NCBI GenBank assembly: GCA_963833575.1
Contig: CAWHXY010000008.1
Coordinates: 32,001 to 96,000 of the forward strand
Direction of reading: 5' to 3'
Origin: Candidatus Bathyarchaeota archaeon
Lineage (GTDB): Archaea; Thermoproteota; Bathyarchaeia; Bathyarchaeales; Bathycorpusculaceae
DNA length: 64,000 nucleotides
Below are positions 62,701 through 64,000 of the stretch, piece by piece. Each line of letters opens with the position of its first letter. Within the stretch, counting starts at the first letter, position 1. Under the pieces are notes generated by a model, which ran no database searches, was not told the DNA's origin, and worked only from the letters and a program-made list of their open reading frames with translations. The translations under genes and the position numbers were made by a program.

Positions 62701-63372
62701 GTAGGCAAAGAATCTGTTCGAATGACGAAAATTGAAAAAGTCGTGCCAGCTGGATTTCAAGTAATAACTAAACCAGACTACTGTTCTATTGAGGGCAGTG
62801 CCCTTGTTATGATGGGAAAGAAACTAGGTCCTCTTAAAACTGAAATAATAAGGATTACTTTGAAATCGTCTGAAAAAAGTCCAGTTGAAATTAAGCCTAG
62901 AATTGTTTGCGTTGATGAAACGGGGCTACAAGCAAGCTATGATGTTGAATCAGCCTATGACGTATTTATCAGTTATTCCCAAAATGATAAAAAAGTAGCC
63001 GATGCAATATGCTCCACTTTGGAGAGCCAGGAGATTCGATGTTGGATAGCCCCTCGTAACGTGAATATTAGTAAACCCTTTCTAAGCGAGATTATTCACG
63101 CCCTAAACAATAGCCAGATCTTTGTACTAGTATTCAGCAACAATGCAAACCACTCGAACCATGTTATCAGAGAAACAGAATTAGCAGTCCATAGAGGAAT
63201 TACAATCATACCCTTTCGAATAGAAAACGTCTTGCCAATAGAAAGTATGGAATATTTGATTTCTATTTCACAATGGCTCGACGCAACGACTGTTCCAATT
63301 GAGAAACATTTGCAGAAACTTGTAGAAACCGTACAAGCACTTTTATCAAACAATATCGAAACGCATGATTAG
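59707..63372 (+). CDS. Large TPR/helical-repeat protein with C-terminal TIR domain
   Basis: ~950 aa of AAxxYxxAA helical repeats, Ig-like segment, then YDVFISYS...CWIAPRNV...HVIRETELA (TIR with conserved Glu). Confidence 0.87.
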   Translation: MDSLSHTVSGKGLFMGTIRAEKEYKWLEAAKAHEQKAKTETNKNVAAESFKKIGFWYSLASRQAHSPEEFKKLRKLSIEAYETAAKLFRESTATEKEGRSADCLVMADYTRSWLAPNSVQKCEIIHKCISNGQNALEAFKKITENLNYARTCNLLAQCMFDLVSITSQTEEKLEVAKKGLLYVMDAVSVLSNFDEKGELITSFSLASLLSWHIANLSDQEEERKDLTKKCLSYATDAATLANQTVNPYSCIMSLWAKALSSFYFGEKTQDSSKYTQKMFKLSSIIEDNYFKGVACYLEAYIKNWSVEEEEDIDKKKKAYNEIITSSEAAIQYYQLVCQDSDIAEAYLFYAESYLSLANEIAISIKDKKDFSEKSVRIGEEGLKFAVSSGSVDAMLSTVHALSKAYHYRSKLEPGIDKKLELLKNALGYREESLRIGEQAFSSNFWILGVAMIYEALIKVDLAKLEENQITKATYLKEAVRDMESGVSYSNKWLKTCSVPSLVTVAANYEDRFGGMLAEQYQQTCQKEDLVNANKTYSEAATKFKEVDLPSRVAESYWKIAINLDLLSENAQAAENFEKAFSWYKTAARKIDQFNDFYIDYASYMKAWSEIENAKYAHNNDKYSIAASHYQETSNLLKQSKSWNYLSSNFLAWSLLEQAEDLSRKDNCRESIIAFKKSVETFRESARILHNELGRINKVDEQNLVKRLIHASNNRVEYSNGRIAIEEAIISDKQGDHDNSSRKYESAAEIFRKIVQIDPQQTGKEAEPLFYLCQAWQKMTLAEARSSPILYEEAADLFKLANKFSTKESTSLLALGHSNFCKAMEAGAEFEMTRSTTMYEQTTKHMSSAANYYLRAGFESASDFTKATQRLFDAYVFMDTAKREKDPQREAKYYLMAEKVLQISAECFTKAGHIEKNDQVQRLLRKVRDEKEIVLSLNEIFNASSIASSTASFATIGPNEEEAVGLERFEHGDIQAKLDQKEIETNLESAISLELKIVNVGKESVRMTKIEKVVPAGFQVITKPDYCSIEGSALVMMGKKLGPLKTEIIRITLKSSEKSPVEIKPRIVCVDETGLQASYDVESAYDVFISYSQNDKKVADAICSTLESQEIRCWIAPRNVNISKPFLSEIIHALNNSQIFVLVFSNNANHSNHVIRETELAVHRGITIIPFRIENVLPIESMEYLISISQWLDATTVPIEKHLQKLVETVQALLSNNIETHD

Positions 63373-63588
63373 GTAAATTAGGTAACTGCAAACAATTTCG
63401 CATATTACATCTGTTTTAGGAACAAAGCTATCAAATCGCATTTTTCTGTTCTTTGTATTTTGGGCTGCTTTTTTGTTTTAGGGTTTTAAATTGTTTACAA
63501 GCAGTTCTAGAATTGTCTCTATTTATCTATCATTGTCGAGATTTTGTCTTTGTTTGTTCCCAAATAATCAGTTCTTTGTTGATTGTGT

Positions 63589-63741
63589 TTATGGTTTAAG
63601 GAGCCTTATGGTTCCTTTTGAGTCGGATGTTGATTGTTGTGGTCTTGAGCGTTCAACCTGCTTTGCATATATGCCCCATTCGCCGCATATTTTTTCCAGT
63701 TCAATGGAAATATTTTCTTCTGATTCGTAATTGGACTCCAT
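63589..63741 (-). CDS. Possible small hypothetical protein (50 aa)
   Basis: ATG-started open frame MESNYESEENISIELEKICGEWGIYAKQ...; no other support. Confidence 0.25.
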   Translation of the reverse strand: MESNYESEENISIELEKICGEWGIYAKQVERSRPQQSTSDSKGTIRLLKP

Positions 63742-64000
63742 TTGTTCTCGCCTATTTTAAGTATTAATCAAGAAGATATAAGACAGTTATTTCAAAGCAA
63801 AGAGTATATCAATATTGGGAATACAATTTGAACGATCTTCTAGAATGAGATTCTATGTTTAGCTAAGCTTGCAATTGCAGCAAAAAAGTTCTTTGCTTTA
63901 ATTATTGAAAAAATAAAAGTTGAAAAATAAAAAGGGTTGGTTTTTATGGTTCTTTTTTGAAGTCTATTTGTTTTTTGAGTTCTTTCAGTTTCTTAACGTT

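Overview
Archaeal DNA, most likely Bathyarchaeia. This is inferred from DUF2206/DUF1616 genes, thermopsin-like repeats and Thr/Pro-linker surface proteins; no rRNA or marker gene is present to confirm it. Bases ~0.2-38 kb form a surface-glycosylation island (GT2/GT4 glycosyltransferases, DegT aminotransferase, WbqC, PIG-L deacetylase, methyltransferases, Wzx flippase). It is interleaved with recently duplicated and shuffled surface-protein genes: Ig-like repeat proteins, three mosaic beta-helix paralogues and a collagen/beta-helix protein. Bases 38-48 kb hold more surface proteins, a PadR regulator, an MFS transporter and a PQQ-propeller. Bases 48.6-53.7 kb carry the most striking element, a candidate nucleotide-signalling defence/conflict module: a Pycsar-type TM effector (divergent), a NUDIX hydrolase, a RelA/SpoT synthetase-TPR-SLOG-RyR fusion and a DUF4062 (TIR-like) protein. 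It is followed by a giant NHL/metalloprotease/RTX-like protein and a TPR-TIR fusion. No tRNA, rRNA, CRISPR array or intact transposase was seen. All domain calls are by-eye motif recognition, not database searches.
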